The notes: generated by a model from the sequence alone, not told the origin. Counted from the first letter of the stretch, positions 9,047 through 19,039 are shown. The stretch: DNA of 64,000 nt from an uncultured Bdellovibrio sp. (GCA_963932905.1 CAWVRN010000014.1:32001-96000); one strand, 5' to 3'. A program made the numbers and translations.

Positions 9047-10449
9047 ATGATTTGTCGATTACTATTATATCTGGTTTCCTTTCTTCTTAATTTCGCAAAT
9101 GCGGCGGAAAGTTCACCTCCGTATTGCGAAGATTTGTACAGCACGATTTGCGCAGCAAAGTCGCAAAAGTTGCCAAAGGAGCACGTTTCAAAAGTCGATC
9201 AAATAGTTGAACAAAAAAAAGTGAAATAGTATCCCAATTTCAACAATTGCTCGCTGATCCGAACCAAAATTATTTTAGAAAACTCGCTATATATGGTCTA
9301 GGTATGCAAAAAGACTTTACTTGCTCTTTGTCCGGTAGCCAGAAGGAAAAAAAAGAGTGTGACGAAAGCCTTTCGGAAAAACTATTTGATTTATTAGTTT
9401 CAGATGCGGCGGGCGCTCATTCAACAAAAAGGTCTTCTTTTGGTGCTCAAGCTAGAATGGAGGACACCCAATTGCTATTGGCAAATGGGCATTTTTCGAA
9501 AGTTTCTATTAAGCTTGCTGACGATATTTTTTATAAAGTTCAAAACGTTGGGCACGTTAAAAAGGTTCAGTCAGAACTCTTTCCGGCTGCGAAAAAGCAA
9601 TTGTTGTTGCAAATTCAGAACTTGCCTATCTCGGAGAAGAAAAAACAAGAGTGGACGGAAAAAATTAAGTCTATTGAATTTGGAGGAACAGATTGTTCTG
9701 CAATTAGAGATCCAAAGCAGTCTCGCTTGGCTCAAGCTTTCACTGCCAATGCCTACTATATGACAGGTGAAAATAATTTCTACATTTGTCCGGGGATTTC
9801 AGCGCAAAAGCCCAATGATGCTCTCACGACACTTATAATCGCCCATGAATTATCTCATTCCATCGGGCCATGTTCGGAGTTTTATTCTAAAGCTGGTGGT
9901 AAAGAATCGCAGAAAACTCAATACCCCTTAAAGAACTTAGTAGCCTGTTTAAGGAACGAGAAATCAATTCAGGCAAAATACGATTTTGGAAAAGATAATT
10001 TTGCGGTGGAAGCAATCAAAAGGCCTTTTTTAAAGGCAGGATTTTTAGATAGAGATAAGTGTAACCAAGACCAAACAAATGAGGTCGTGCCTGATTGGTT
10101 AGCTGTTGAAACAGTGGCTAGTCTACTTGTAGAAAAGTATAAAAACACGGATCGGATTACGGCGATTAAAGAAATAACTTCAGGATGGGGGTATATATGC
10201 CCTACGGGTGCTGAATCGGATGTTGTCTCTTCAACAGGCAGATTTAGAAGTCATCCGGATATGCGCTCTCGAGTAAATAAAATTTTTCTTCAAAATCCAA
10301 AAATTCGATTTTTATTAGGTTGTCCGCAGAGTAAAACGAGCGGGTACTGTGATGCTATAGTCGACCGGCCAGTTAAATCAGTGTTTGGGATTGTTAAAGT
10401 TTCCCCCGATAACGTCGAGCCTGCTGTTAATAAGGAGGCTGCTAAGTGA
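9047..10449 (+). pseudogene. Secreted M13 (neprilysin-like) zinc metallopeptidase split by a frameshift at A8 (9213-9220)
   Basis: Frame 1 (ATG 9047) has a signal peptide and PYCEDLYSTIC (M13 N-terminal CxDxY..C). Frame 2 has ANAYY, AHELSH, NEVVPD, SHP..RSRVN. One extra A joins the frames. Confidence 0.7.
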
Positions 10450-10820
10450 AGATTTTGATTTTTTTTGTCCTTATGTGTAGTTTTTGTTTTGCAGAAAACT
10501 ACACAATTACACAGACAATGGGAACAAGTGAATCTGAGTATGTGATTAGTATAGGTAATCCCGCAAAAATAGATTCTGATCGTGACGGTGAAAAAAAAAC
10601 AATAGAATTATCGTTCGAAAACAAAAAGTTTATAGAAAAACGTTTAAAAAAAATTGAACGAATGCATGGTCACGAAATACGTTTTTGTCCGAGAAACTAT
10701 ATTCAATTAGTTAATCAAAAAAAAGCAAAATCAATTATCGCCTGCGGTAATTCTACTACGGAAATTGCAACGAGCTTAAGACAGCTAATTCGTGTTATAA
10801 ATGTTTATTCCGTGAATTAA
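10446..10820 (+). CDS. Small secreted hypothetical protein, coupled to the peptidase (GTGA overlap)
   Basis: Signal peptide MKILIFFVLMCSFCFA; two Cys in the mature part. Confidence 0.7.
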   Translation: MKILIFFVLMCSFCFAENYTITQTMGTSESEYVISIGNPAKIDSDRDGEKKTIELSFENKKFIEKRLKKIERMHGHEIRFCPRNYIQLVNQKKAKSIIACGNSTTEIATSLRQLIRVINVYSVN

Positions 10821-10860
10821 AACAGAATTACCGGGTTCGGGTCAGTACCTTTTCTCAATA

Positions 10861-11118
10861 GAACTGGCTCCTTAGCTTGCGGCTAAGAAGCTAAATTCTA
10901 TTGGAAAGACAGTTGTTTAGTTGAAATTTAAAAGCGCTGTCTTGAAACAGTTTTTCAAAAAAAATTATTATCCGAATTACCTCGTAATACATTCGAGTTT
11001 CGATCCCTCAATAAAAGCGAGCGTGTTGAATCTTTCTGGATTTTAGAGAGCACGTTTTAAATTCACTTGATTTGGCGATATTTTACTTGGCCTTAGCCGC
11101 AGGCTAAGGGGCCAGTTC
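10861..11118. mobile_element. REPIN/MITE-like non-coding element with 27-bp terminal inverted repeats
   Basis: GAACTGGCTCCTTAGCTTGCGGCTAAG vs CTTAGCCGCAGGCTAAGGGGCCAGTTC (2 mismatches); ATA directly flanks both ends. Confidence 0.55.
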
Positions 11119-11234
11119 ATAGTATCTGTGCTATTTCGCTTTGGCCTGGTCAGCAAGGTTCAGTCTAGATGAATGTAAACGAGCCTTAAACATTCCTTTT
11201 ATGGCCAAAATAAAAACTAAAATGACTTCAAAGT

Positions 11235-11566
11235 TTAAGAATTAACTAGATTTTTTATGAAAAAATAAAGCACCAAGGTAATTAGGTGAAAACATATAAG
11301 AAAAATTTGATTAGTTGGTGAATCTATTAGTCCTGAATAAGCAACTAATTGCGCTAGCGCGATAGTCACAAATATCTGTATCCCCCATTTTTTTGCTGCC
11401 ATAAACCTATCGCTGCTACAAAATCTCCACAGAGCAATAGTATAATCCAAATTCGCCATGAAATACTCATTGTTGAAACATGTAGCCTGAGGTCTAAAAC
11501 ATCAAGGAAATGCAAAATAAATCCAATAAAATAAAAAACAGCAAGTATTCGTAGATAAATTTTCAT
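11235..11566 (-). pseudogene. Small multi-TM membrane protein split by a frameshift at A7 (11388-11394)
   Basis: Two overlapping hydrophobic ORFs; one extra A gives ...IGLWQQKKWGIQIF... as a single protein of about 110 aa. Confidence 0.65.
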
Positions 11567-11683
11567 TGCTAATTCTATAAATCAAAGCGAATGAATCCGT
11601 CAAAATTAATCTGGATTATTTTAGACTCCCTATTACCGAGCTTAGGTACCAAACGTGGATCGAAAATTGAAAGTTATTAATTT

Positions 11684-12340
11684 ATGTTTATAACCGTCTT
11701 CTCTAGCTATCGAAAACAAATACTAGCCCTTGTTGGATTGTCTATATTTTGGTCAGTGCCTACAATTTCTGCGACTCCTAATTCGTGTAAATTATTTTAT
11801 AAAAATCCGAGTTATTCTTTAGAAAGCAACAAACAAACTAATAAATTACTTGCAGCTATTGCGTCGAGGTATAAGGACAATCATGTCTCTAACATTGTTG
11901 CGTCTGCGATTATAGAGCAAATTCGAAGTAATGGAATTGTCTCTCGTAAAAAAGATCGGAAGCAATCGACGTTTTTCCAGAGTACGTCAATTGAAGGTAG
12001 TCTAATGAGTTGGCTTACTATAGATCCATCAGATGGTCAAATCAGCGCAAAAATCTTAGTTGTCTCACTTGGTATGCGTGAGCCAAATGGCGGCCGAATG
12101 GTAGATGGGACCACTCCCGCACATCCGTCGAATGAGTTTGCAAAAATTCTTGCTGGAGTTTTAAACGGAATAGATAGGCTTAGATCTGAATTTTCGTCTG
12201 TCAAAAATGTTCAAATTCAGGCAATGACCATAAACCCTCGATTGGCCACTACCTTAAGAAAAATTGGATTTGAAATCGATGCAAGTCATGCACCGTGGGG
12301 AATTCAATGGAGTGCATCCATGATATATAAACTTAAATGA
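11684..12340 (+). CDS. Secreted hypothetical protein, possible GNAT-like C-terminus
   Basis: Signal peptide followed by SCKLFY; C-terminal VQIQAMTINPRLATTLRKIGF. Confidence 0.7.
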   Translation: MFITVFSSYRKQILALVGLSIFWSVPTISATPNSCKLFYKNPSYSLESNKQTNKLLAAIASRYKDNHVSNIVASAIIEQIRSNGIVSRKKDRKQSTFFQSTSIEGSLMSWLTIDPSDGQISAKILVVSLGMREPNGGRMVDGTTPAHPSNEFAKILAGVLNGIDRLRSEFSSVKNVQIQAMTINPRLATTLRKIGFEIDASHAPWGIQWSASMIYKLK

Positions 12341-12358
12341 TTCACGGTCCAAATCACT

Positions 12359-12423
12359 AGCTATTTCTCAATACCTGAACAAATAGACTGAACCTTTAAG
12401 GCCTGTCTATGGGAGAAATAACT
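12359..12423. terminator. Stem-loop between convergent genes
   Basis: TATTTCTC/GAGAAATA outer stem and ATAGAC/GTCTAT inner stem. Confidence 0.35.
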
Positions 12424-12539
12424 CCGCTATTTATCGCAAAACCGCGCACTAAAGAATGGCCATTATTTCCTATTGTCCGATGAATTCGAAGCCTCGTGCG
12501 GGAACTGTCAGATCGAGTCCAAGTTTCTACAATTGAGAT

Positions 12540-14228
12540 TTAGATATCGAGTTGGGTGTTGCTGAGTAGTTCTTCGATCGTCGTGATGCCAGCAAGAACT
12601 TTTCTCATTCCATCTTCACGGAATGTGATCATACCATTGGCGACCGCTTGTTTTTTGATCGTATTACCATCACGTTTTTGCATGATTAAGGAGCGAATAT
12701 CATCCGTAACGGGCAGTAGCTCTTGAATCAGAGTACGACCTACATAACCTTTTTGATTGCATTGATTGCAGCCTACCGCTTTGCATATTTGTGCAATGGC
12801 GGCTTGCTGGCGGGTCACGCCTAGGGTGTTTAATTCAAAATCTGACGGATCATGCGGTGCTTTGCAATGCGGACATAGAACGCGAACCAGTCGCTGGGAA
12901 ATAACTCCCAGAATCGACGTTGCAATCAAGAAAGGCTCGGCACCGATATCGATCAGACGGGGAAATGCTCCGGCCGCATCGTTCGTATGCAATGTTGATA
13001 AAACTAAGTGACCAGTAAGAGATGAGTTGATCGCAAGTTCGCTGGTTTCTAAGTCACGAATCTCACCGATCATAATGATGTCTGGATCTTGACGAAGAAA
13101 TGATCTTAATCCGGCCGCAAATGTTAAACCAATTTTTGCATTTACTTGCACCTGGCCGATGCCGTGAATTCGTTGTTCCACGGGGTCTTCAACGGTAAGG
13201 ATGTTTACGTCCGTAGAATTTAGGCGTGACAGACACGCATACAGTGTCGTCGATTTACCGGAACCGGTTGGACCCGTTACCAGCATGATGCCGTAAGTGC
13301 GACTTAATAAATCATCGATTTTGAGTAGGTTTCCTTCTGAAAAACCTAGTTGTTCTAGTTCTAAAATAACATTCGATCTATCTTGAAGACGCATTACCAG
13401 GCGTTCACCGTGAGCCGTCGGCACGGTGGAGAGACGAATATCGATATCTTTACCACCAACTTTTAATGGGATACGACCGTCTTGAGGTAAACGTTTTTCG
13501 GCGATATTTAAATTCGCCATAACTTTAATACGGGATGAAATGGCGTTTTGTAGTTTTTTTGGCGGTTTAAAAATGTCGAATAAAATACCATCAATACGAA
13601 AGCGAACGACCATATCTTTTTCGTACGGTTCGATATGGATATCTGATGCTTTTTCTTTCACAGCGCGGAAAAGAAGCGAGTTGACCAGTTTGATAACCGG
13701 CGCGTCGTCTTCACCGGCTTCAAGTAGATCCACGATACCGTCTTCTAAATCCACTTCTTCTTGATCAATTTCGTCCAAACCTGATAGGTTGGCGGTTGAT
13801 TTTTCGTAAACACGATTGATGGCGTCCAGTAATTTTCCAGCTAATGTAACAACTGGCTTAACACGTTTCCCGAATAGAACACGCAAATCATCGAGAGCTT
13901 TGACATTCAGGGGGTTAGAGACAAGCACGGTGACTTGATCTGTTTCTTCTTTGAAAGGCAAGATGGAATTTTGTTTTGAATAATTGATGGGAATTTCACG
14001 AACTAAATCGGCCGAGATGTCATTGTAAGGGACATCTTTCATAAAATCTAAACCCAGTTCTTTGCATAATTCAGAAACAAGTTCTTCTGCGTTTTGAAAC
14101 GTTTTTTTTGAAAGAGCATCACCAATGCTCTCACTGCGAATCATCGAGGTGTTATTCCAGAGTGTTTTAAGCTGCTCTGGAGATAAGCCGGTTGATTTTT
14201 GAAGAAGGTTCTGGATTTCAACTGACAT
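12540..14228 (-). CDS. gspE: Type II secretion ATPase GspE
   Basis: ASDIHIEP, LPQDGR, GPTGSGKSTT, EDPVE, LRQDPD, CPHC..CNQC. Confidence 0.95.
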   Translation of the reverse strand: MSVEIQNLLQKSTGLSPEQLKTLWNNTSMIRSESIGDALSKKTFQNAEELVSELCKELGLDFMKDVPYNDISADLVREIPINYSKQNSILPFKEETDQVTVLVSNPLNVKALDDLRVLFGKRVKPVVTLAGKLLDAINRVYEKSTANLSGLDEIDQEEVDLEDGIVDLLEAGEDDAPVIKLVNSLLFRAVKEKASDIHIEPYEKDMVVRFRIDGILFDIFKPPKKLQNAISSRIKVMANLNIAEKRLPQDGRIPLKVGGKDIDIRLSTVPTAHGERLVMRLQDRSNVILELEQLGFSEGNLLKIDDLLSRTYGIMLVTGPTGSGKSTTLYACLSRLNSTDVNILTVEDPVEQRIHGIGQVQVNAKIGLTFAAGLRSFLRQDPDIIMIGEIRDLETSELAINSSLTGHLVLSTLHTNDAAGAFPRLIDIGAEPFLIATSILGVISQRLVRVLCPHCKAPHDPSDFELNTLGVTRQQAAIAQICKAVGCNQCNQKGYVGRTLIQELLPVTDDIRSLIMQKRDGNTIKKQAVANGMITFREDGMRKVLAGITTIEELLSNTQLDI

Positions 14229-14230
14229 AG

Positions 14231-16582
14231 TTACTCTGTATCCGTATCTGGTCCAGCGTTATCATCTACTGGGGGTGGAGCTGCCGCCGCTTTAGGTTTC
14301 ATGGTCGTTTTATTTCTAACATCGTCGATAACTTCACCGTAGGCATCCACACCGCCTTGGGATTTAATGAAATCGACACGTTGCTCAAGTTTTTTAGAGA
14401 TAATCTGTTTTGTGTCATCACCGCTGCGAATAATTTTGGGAGTTAGGAAAACAAGCATGTTTACTTTTTCTTTTGTAGTTTCCTTAGATTTAAATAACCA
14501 GCCAAGAATCGGTAGATCTCCTAAAAGCGGGACTTTAACGATGTCTTCTGTTTCGCGATCTTTAATTAATCCTCCCAGAACAGCCGTGTCGCCATCGTCA
14601 ACAACGATGAACGTTTTAATTTTTCTAGTTGCTAACGGTTGTGTGTTATCTTGGAATGCTTTAGGTGTTGCGACCCCAGCCGACGGCTGTTTAACACTTT
14701 GATCGATTTCCATGCGTACAGCTTTGCTCGTAGGATTGATGAATGGTTTTAATTTCAACTCAATCATTGCTTCTTCCATCACCGGCGTAGTGATCGTCGT
14801 ACCTTGAGGAGAGGTAGACTGCGTTGACGATGTAACGACTTTATCGCCGACTTGGATCAGGGCTTCCTGATTATCCATAGCTAGAATTTGTGGGCGAGAT
14901 AAAATGTTAGCTTTCGTAAGCTTTTTAAGCAAATTGATCAAACCAATCAACGATGGGACCTTTTGTTTTGTTGTACCCAGTGTTAATTCAACTTCCTTTC
15001 CAGATCCAAACCCTAAAACAGTACCAACGCCAGCTAGGGGATTGATAACTTCTTCTGCTTTCAACCCGCCCGAGAAACTTTGACGAGCGATACCATTATC
15101 AGAAGCAAAGTTGTAATAAGATGGTTTAAATCCAAACCCATCGCTTGCGCTCATTTCCATAATGATGGCTTCAACAAAAACCTGATCACGAGGGATATCA
15201 ATTTTATTCAAAAGATTAATCACTGTTTCGTAGTCACCTTTACCAGCCGTGATGATCAAACTATTTGTCGTTTCATCCGCCGTGATTTTTACTTCACCGC
15301 TGAATACGGCGCCACTCGATTTAGAATCACCAGCGGCACCTTCCATTCCGATCGGAGGAGCAAAGAATGGCGGAGGTTGGTTCGCGCCTCCTGGTTGTGT
15401 TTTAGGAGCGGCGTCTTTAGAAACACCTTGCAGTACGGCCGCGATTTTTTTCGCTTCCCCATTTTTTACGTAGTACACGAATACGCCACCACCATCTGCT
15501 TCACTGGGTTTGAAATCAAGTTGTCCAATTAGTTTTTTTACGCGAACAATACCAGATTTATTTCCGACGATGATAAGCGAGTTAGTTCTTTCGTCAGGAA
15601 TAGCCATGAAAAAGCTATTGCCTTGCTGGCTTGATGAACCGCCTGGTCTTGAAAAACGAGGAGCACCGCCGCCGAAACCACCGGTAACTCCGACGCCAGC
15701 ACGGTTTGTGCCTTGGCCCTTGTTTACAATTTTGTCGACAAGGTCGGCGATGTCTTTAGCTTTAGCGTAACGAATACGCACTACTTCTAATTGCTCGTCG
15801 AAACCAGGAACATCTAATTGATTGATGATTTTCATCACACGATCAATATTTGCGCCCCAGTCTGAAATAATAATTGAGTTTGTTTGTTGGTAAACGTTCA
15901 TTTCGCCATCTTTTGATGGAAGAATGCGAAGGTCTTTGTTTACTTGATCTGCGGAAATATGTTTTAAGTGAATAATTCGTGTGATCATTTGATCTGTATT
16001 TGGATAGTAAGATCCAGAATACGTTTCGATATTATCACGCTGGGCATTTCGTCCTGATTTAACTTTCAAGAAGCTGCCAGATGGAACAACGGTAAAACCG
16101 TTAATAGCCAGTGCCGAAAGGAACGCTTTATAAGCTTCGGCGACGGTGATTTTACTTGGTGCAATGATTGTGATCTTTCCGCGAACCCCAGGATCGATGA
16201 TAAAGTTTTTCCCTGTTAACTCAGAGATTGCTTTAATAACATCCGTGATTTCCACATTTGGGAAGTCGAAAGATTCGATAGTTTCGGGAAAATTTTCGTT
16301 GCTGATGTCTTCAACACTGGCTTGCGAAAACTTCTGTTTTTGATTAGCCGTTAAGCTTACACCTTTTTTTCCATTGCCGCCGGTTGTAGCATCGCTGTGG
16401 TTTCCGTTTCCTGAAGGCATAGCTCCGTTCGTTGGTGGCGCACCGGGATTGTCAAAGTCACCAAAATCGGGTGGTGGAGGTGGAAATTCTTCTTGTGCAT
16501 GAACGCTGGATGCGGTTAAGGCACTGGCCCCAACCATGGCAACTGCATTCAGCATGACTAGCGATTTTTTTAATTTTTTCAT
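14231..16582 (-). CDS. gspD: Type II secretion secretin GspD
   Basis: N0 domain (TGKNFIIDPGVRGKITI), repeated N domains (TNSLII), QVFVEAII, KVPLLGDLPILGWLF, VFLTPKII. Confidence 0.95.
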   Translation of the reverse strand: MKKLKKSLVMLNAVAMVGASALTASSVHAQEEFPPPPPDFGDFDNPGAPPTNGAMPSGNGNHSDATTGGNGKKGVSLTANQKQKFSQASVEDISNENFPETIESFDFPNVEITDVIKAISELTGKNFIIDPGVRGKITIIAPSKITVAEAYKAFLSALAINGFTVVPSGSFLKVKSGRNAQRDNIETYSGSYYPNTDQMITRIIHLKHISADQVNKDLRILPSKDGEMNVYQQTNSIIISDWGANIDRVMKIINQLDVPGFDEQLEVVRIRYAKAKDIADLVDKIVNKGQGTNRAGVGVTGGFGGGAPRFSRPGGSSSQQGNSFFMAIPDERTNSLIIVGNKSGIVRVKKLIGQLDFKPSEADGGGVFVYYVKNGEAKKIAAVLQGVSKDAAPKTQPGGANQPPPFFAPPIGMEGAAGDSKSSGAVFSGEVKITADETTNSLIITAGKGDYETVINLLNKIDIPRDQVFVEAIIMEMSASDGFGFKPSYYNFASDNGIARQSFSGGLKAEEVINPLAGVGTVLGFGSGKEVELTLGTTKQKVPSLIGLINLLKKLTKANILSRPQILAMDNQEALIQVGDKVVTSSTQSTSPQGTTITTPVMEEAMIELKLKPFINPTSKAVRMEIDQSVKQPSAGVATPKAFQDNTQPLATRKIKTFIVVDDGDTAVLGGLIKDRETEDIVKVPLLGDLPILGWLFKSKETTKEKVNMLVFLTPKIIRSGDDTKQIISKKLEQRVDFIKSQGGVDAYGEVIDDVRNKTTMKPKAAAAPPPVDDNAGPDTDTE

Positions 16583-16668
16583 CCGTAAACCCTCGCCCTT
16601 TGTTTCGCTTTCCTAGCTGGTCAAATGCCAATCAATTCATTTGACTGGGTACAATTCATTTGATTCAG

Positions 16669-17610
16669 TTACTTCACAGTATAAGAAAGCTCTTCATTTT
16701 TACCACCGCGTTCAACCCCAAGTTTAATATTTGGAGAATTGCGAAGCGCTTGATACATTTCCAATGCTTGCTGCGTTGACGTCACCGGAGTGCCGTTTAC
16801 GCTGGTGATAACGTCCATCACCTGCAGACCTAATTGAGTGTAGATGCTGTCTGCTTGGATTTCTAATAAACGAAATCCATATGTTTCGCCCGAGCCCGGG
16901 CGTTTTGCTGGAACAGCACGTGCTTGGTATAAAATACTTTGAATGTCTTTAAGCTTGTCTTCTAAATCTGATTTTTTAATTTCAAATTTATTGTCACCAG
17001 CTTTTTGAATAACTGAATTACCTTTTTCTTCGGCCACTGGTTTCGGTTTGGCATCAAATGAAACCTTATTGGCATCTTTCATTTCAATGTATTCAAGACG
17101 ATCAGCGCTTAAATTTCTAATGATCACTTTACCTCGTGTGATTTTTTCTACTTTCGCTAAGCCTTCAATTTCTTTGCCAGTAGCAAACGACACAATTTGG
17201 TTTTTTGTTTTGATCTCAATCGCGGCGATAGATTTTTCGGGTGTTGAGTGTACGAGTGTTCCGATTAAATTCAGAGGAAGGCTGCTTAGAATTGGCTCGT
17301 TATCTTTGGGGCGAGCTATTTCTCCCTTAGGCAGCAGTTCAGGAGGAATTTCACCTTTGGAAGAAAACAAATTTCGCGAAACAATAGGTTGAAAAAAATC
17401 ACGACTCTTTATGGGGTTTGGAGGGATATTACGAGCCATGTTTTTTTGAGTTCGTTCTGGTAAAAAGAAAAAACGCACTTTCAAAATAGCTAGATCAGCG
17501 ATGCTGAGTGATATCAAAGAGATAAGTAAATAAACTAATAACTTATTTACCCACTGTCTTCGAGTGGATAGTGCGGTTCCTTTTCTTGTCATGTAATTAA
17601 ATACTAGCAA
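16669..17610 (-). CDS. gspC: Type II secretion protein GspC (TM, HR and PDZ domains); likely start ATG 17592
   Basis: N-terminal TM, LNLIGT, PDZ (LGLQVMDVITSVNG); upstream of gspD. Confidence 0.88.
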   Translation of the reverse strand: MLVFNYMTRKGTALSTRRQWVNKLLVYLLISLISLSIADLAILKVRFFFLPERTQKNMARNIPPNPIKSRDFFQPIVSRNLFSSKGEIPPELLPKGEIARPKDNEPILSSLPLNLIGTLVHSTPEKSIAAIEIKTKNQIVSFATGKEIEGLAKVEKITRGKVIIRNLSADRLEYIEMKDANKVSFDAKPKPVAEEKGNSVIQKAGDNKFEIKKSDLEDKLKDIQSILYQARAVPAKRPGSGETYGFRLLEIQADSIYTQLGLQVMDVITSVNGTPVTSTQQALEMYQALRNSPNIKLGVERGGKNEELSYTVK

Positions 17611-17663
17611 ATGGACGGGGTTAGAGTAATTGAAAAATACTTACAAGCTAGACGTTTGGTGAG

Positions 17664-17897
17664 TTACTTTTTGGGTTGTTTAGGTGGTGCTGGTGGGAAC
17701 GTTTTGTGTTTTAAGTAATACTCCAATATGGGACCGGTGACTTTGCGGCAACTGCCTCCACAAGGACCTACTCCTGCGGTGGTTGCGTCAAACAGTTTAT
17801 CCAGGGTATCACAACCATCAACAAAAGCTTGCTGTATGGTCTCGAGTGTAATGTTGTTGCAGCGACAGATGATAGGTGATCGCTTTTTTTTGTTCAT
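17664..17897 (-). CDS. BFD-like [2Fe-2S] ferredoxin
   Basis: ICRCNN...AGVGPCGGSC. Confidence 0.85.
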   Translation of the reverse strand: MNKKKRSPIICRCNNITLETIQQAFVDGCDTLDKLFDATTAGVGPCGGSCRKVTGPILEYYLKHKTFPPAPPKQPKK

Positions 17898-18862
17898 TCC
17901 AACTTTTTCTTAAAGTAATCAATGATTTGATCGCGTATTTTCAAGAATTCGCCTTCGATCATGGCGCCCGACGCGTGATGGTGTCCACCGCCGCCAAAAA
18001 GTTCGGAAACTTCAAGTACATCCAGCGTAGATTTCGAGCGAAAACTAATTTTATATCTATTTTTTGTGTCTTCGCGGAAAAGAATTGCTGCTTCTACGCA
18101 ATCGATATCCAAAATTTTATCAACGACATCGCGCGTGTCTTCGGGGGTTAAGCCAAACTCTTCAATATCCTTTGTGTGAATAAGAACTATGGCGACTTTG
18201 TTATCCACGTAATAGGCTATTTTGCCTAAAGCCTTAGATATAAAACTGATTTTTTCGGGAGTCTGTCCGCCAAATAAATTGCGATGAATCGCCTCAGGTG
18301 ACGGGATTAGAGGCAATAGCTCGATGGCGATTTGGTGAGATGCTACGGAACGACGTACATAGCGAAAAAGTTGCGTATCAAAGACGACACTTAAATATAG
18401 CGATTCCGCAATCTGAGGGTCCAGTGGAACATCTAAATATTTAATTACGTTGTACGCGATTTCTCCAGTGCTAGCCGCCGTCGTATCAATGAAGGCTTTG
18501 GCGGGTAATGGGCCCGATTTTAATAGAGGATGGTGATCAACAAAGACGATATTTTTACAAACAGTTTGAATTTCAGAAAATAGGGGCTCGATCAAGCGTT
18601 CATCGTTGGTATCGAAAATTAAACACAGATCGATAGGTCCGTCGAAAAGAGTCGGGCGGAATAAAGTGAACAAGTCTTTATTTAGAAAATTCTCATAGCG
18701 CTTGGGTAGTAGGTCCACGTGCACGATTTGTACATCTTTTCCAATCTTTTTAAGGGCATAGAATAGCGCCAGTTCAGAGCCTAAACCATCGCCGTCACAA
18801 TCTTTATGAGTGGTTAGTACAATTTTTTGCGAATTTTTGATCAGGTCGACTAGTGGTTTCAA
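17894..18862 (-). CDS. nrnA: DHH family phosphoesterase (NrnA-like nanoRNase/pAp phosphatase)
   Basis: HxxxDGDGLGS, DHH, DT, SFRSK, GGGGHHHASG. Confidence 0.88.
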   Translation of the reverse strand: MKPLVDLIKNSQKIVLTTHKDCDGDGLGSELALFYALKKIGKDVQIVHVDLLPKRYENFLNKDLFTLFRPTLFDGPIDLCLIFDTNDERLIEPLFSEIQTVCKNIVFVDHHPLLKSGPLPAKAFIDTTAASTGEIAYNVIKYLDVPLDPQIAESLYLSVVFDTQLFRYVRRSVASHQIAIELLPLIPSPEAIHRNLFGGQTPEKISFISKALGKIAYYVDNKVAIVLIHTKDIEEFGLTPEDTRDVVDKILDIDCVEAAILFREDTKNRYKISFRSKSTLDVLEVSELFGGGGHHHASGAMIEGEFLKIRDQIIDYFKKKLE

Positions 18863-19000
18863 AATCCCTCACGTGGTAACAAAGACGATATCTTTTAAGA
18901 GTATAAGTGTTTGGGATTTTAGGGATTGATAACGCATCAGGTCGTGATAAACTAATCCTTTGTATTGCTCTAAGTCGAATAATCGGCTAAAAAAAACGGC

Positions 19001-19039
19001 CTCAGATGGGAACTGTCCCCAACTGAGCGATTTATTTTG
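19001..19039 (+). promoter_or_regulatory. Putative attenuator hairpin in the greA leader
   Basis: CTCAGATGGG/CCCAACTGAG stem followed by ATTTATTTT, about 25 nt before the start. Confidence 0.4.

Noticed and set aside
10861..11118. 6S RNA
   Set aside because: Longer and more AT-rich than expected, palindromic ends, and no zapA/ygfA context
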